This document shows, piece after piece, positions 62,011-64,000 of a stretch of 64,000 bases of DNA (position 1 is the stretch's first letter; each line of letters opens with the position of its first letter). The notes below the pieces were generated by a model. The model was given only the letters and a program-made list of their open reading frames with translations, was not told where the DNA came from and did not search any database. Location: positions 7,750,001 through 7,814,000 of the forward strand of contig NC_089429.1 in assembly GCF_026210795.1 (NCBI RefSeq), read 5' to 3'. The translations under genes were made by a program, and so were the position numbers. Source of the DNA: Rhizophagus irregularis. Taxonomy: Eukaryota.

Positions 62011-64000
62011 TAATTGAGTTTTTTATTAATAAATTAAATATTTTAATTTAAATTGATAAAAATTTTACAACACATTCAATAAATGAATATCATTCTTCAT
62101 TCAAAGAATCAAATCACATCACATTACAACAAAAGTACCAATAATTGTTTGAAAATTTTCGTTCCAATGTTCCTAATCTGAAAATTCATATTGAAATCCC
62201 ACAGCGTAAAAGCAAAGACGAAAAAATAAAAGGAAAGTAAAAGAAACATTGAGAAAAAGAAGACAAAAACTATAAAAAAGAAAAAATACAGAGGATTGAA
62301 CACTTCAATTATGAACTACTTCAAACAAAGCGTAGTTTGAAATAAATGTAAAAAAGTGAAAACAAAACTAAAAATTAAATAAAAACAAAAAGAAGGTTAC
62401 AGATAAACATCAAACACGGATAGATGAATTGAACACATCCTAATAGTAAAGTCGCTTAAACTGAACGTAACCTAAAGTAAAGTAAGAACGGAAGTGAGAA
62501 CGAAGACAAAATCTAAAAAAAAAAAAGATGAAGGTTGAACATAACTTAAACTATAACCTAAAATAAAATAAGGACGAAAGTAAGAAAAAAGACAAAAATT
62601 TAATCAAAAACAAAGGTTGAACATACTTCGATCATAAATTGCTAAACCGTAACCTATAATAGAATCGAAGGTGAGAACAAAAGCAAAAATCCTAAATAAA
62701 AAAAAATAAAGGTTTAAACTTACCCTGATCATATGAGCAATTTCAACCCAAACCATAACCTAAAATAAAGAAAAAAACAAAAGTGAGAACGAAGACGAAA
62801 ATTAAAAAAGGGGCATGTTACATGCGCGGTGATTGATAAGAGAAGGTATATTAACGTTATCAATTCGTGCGCTGTAAAAATGCAGCTAATATCGAAGAAC
62901 GTAATTGTTGTTGTATTTTTGGTAAAAGTTACTTATACCTACACATTCACCAATTATTATTATTACACACCAAACACTCTTGATCTCAACTTCATCAAAA
63001 AGAATTTAACGTTCCTTCCAAGCCAAGATATAAATACTACACACTCTTCTATTATACGCTCTACTCATCAACTCGTATACCTTCCTTAACTTCATAAAAT
63101 AATAAAGGAAACAATGCATCAAATAAAAATTTTCGTTACACACCAAACACACATGATCCGCAACTTCGTTAGTTTCATTTCTTTCCACATCACATGATCA
63201 AGAAATAGATCACATCCTATTAGGACCATAGCATGAATTTTCATCATCTATATCTCCGTAAGATATTGCAATAGCAGCTTTGAAAAAGACACTAGAGATT
63301 AAGAGATGCAAATCTTTTTATATAACGTTTTGATAGACTTCAGATTTTCTAACGGATCCGTTGATTAAATTCGTAAATTCTCCCTTGTTGAAATTGTCAT
63401 AATTTTTGATCTGACTTGTTCAATCGAGGTTCATTTCATGAATATAAAGCTTTGACGCTTGGGTTTTGAGCATTGATAACATTGCAGATGGAAACAATGG
63501 GTATTATCGTTTCTTGATCAAATTAATTAGTTTATCGATATCCTTATCACCTTAACATCTTCTCTTGGATCATGTCATCTCCTTCTCTCTTTACAATCAT
63601 CCTCGAAGTAATCATCGTACTCATTTCCTAACTAGTTCATCCTTCTTTCGTTCCTCCTATTATTACCTCTGTTTAGACAATCTCAAAACCAGCAGGCATA
63701 CCATTGAATTCGTCCATAAAATATACTGTATGTTTACCTCATTTGTACTTGAAGCTTAATTGGTTGTAAAAACTAGTAACTAGCGTATTTTTTGTTGTTA
63801 GGGCTCAAATTTTTTTGTTCGAGTACCACTAGCATTAAGTTATACCCTTGTATTTGTAACAATTCTGGTAGAACCAGCAATTAATAATGCCTGATCTTTT
63901 CTCTTAAATTTGAATCATTATCTCATTCGCTAAGCCATCTTTCCACATCTTTCACTTTACCACGAAATAACCAAGGTTTTGGCGATATTTTTTTCTGTCC

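Noticed and set aside
63006..63960. Possible minus-strand transposase remnant
   Set aside because: Too degenerate to assign a family or boundaries.

Overview
AT-rich eukaryotic DNA with spliceosomal introns. The repeat and gene content suggests an arbuscular mycorrhizal fungus such as Rhizophagus; this is an inference. The window is almost entirely nested transposable elements, with one clear host gene (a secreted ML-domain protein at 2706-3191). The main feature is a ~19.7-kb Maverick/Polinton-like element at 33423-53154, with ~481-bp near-identical TIRs and a 5-bp ATAAA target-site duplication (TSD). It encodes an SF3/D5-like helicase, a compact protein-primed-type PolB, an A32/FtsK-like packaging ATPase, a chromodomain DDE integrase and several small giant-virus-like genes. 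I see no double-jelly-roll capsid or adenain-type protease. Instead it carries a retrotransposon-type Gag plus an aspartic protease in the -1 frame, with no RT or LTRs. Most of its genes share an upstream AAYTGAAGAT motif and downstream T-tracts reminiscent of cytoplasmic giant-virus transcription signals. The element sits in a solo LTR that interrupts an intron-containing gene, and it carries a 5'-truncated LINE. The left third is a nest of a LINE-like fragment, a full-length LINE, a CACTA element and a MITE. Many small hAT and Tc1/mariner non-autonomous elements are also present. All calls were made by eye from motifs; no database searches were run.
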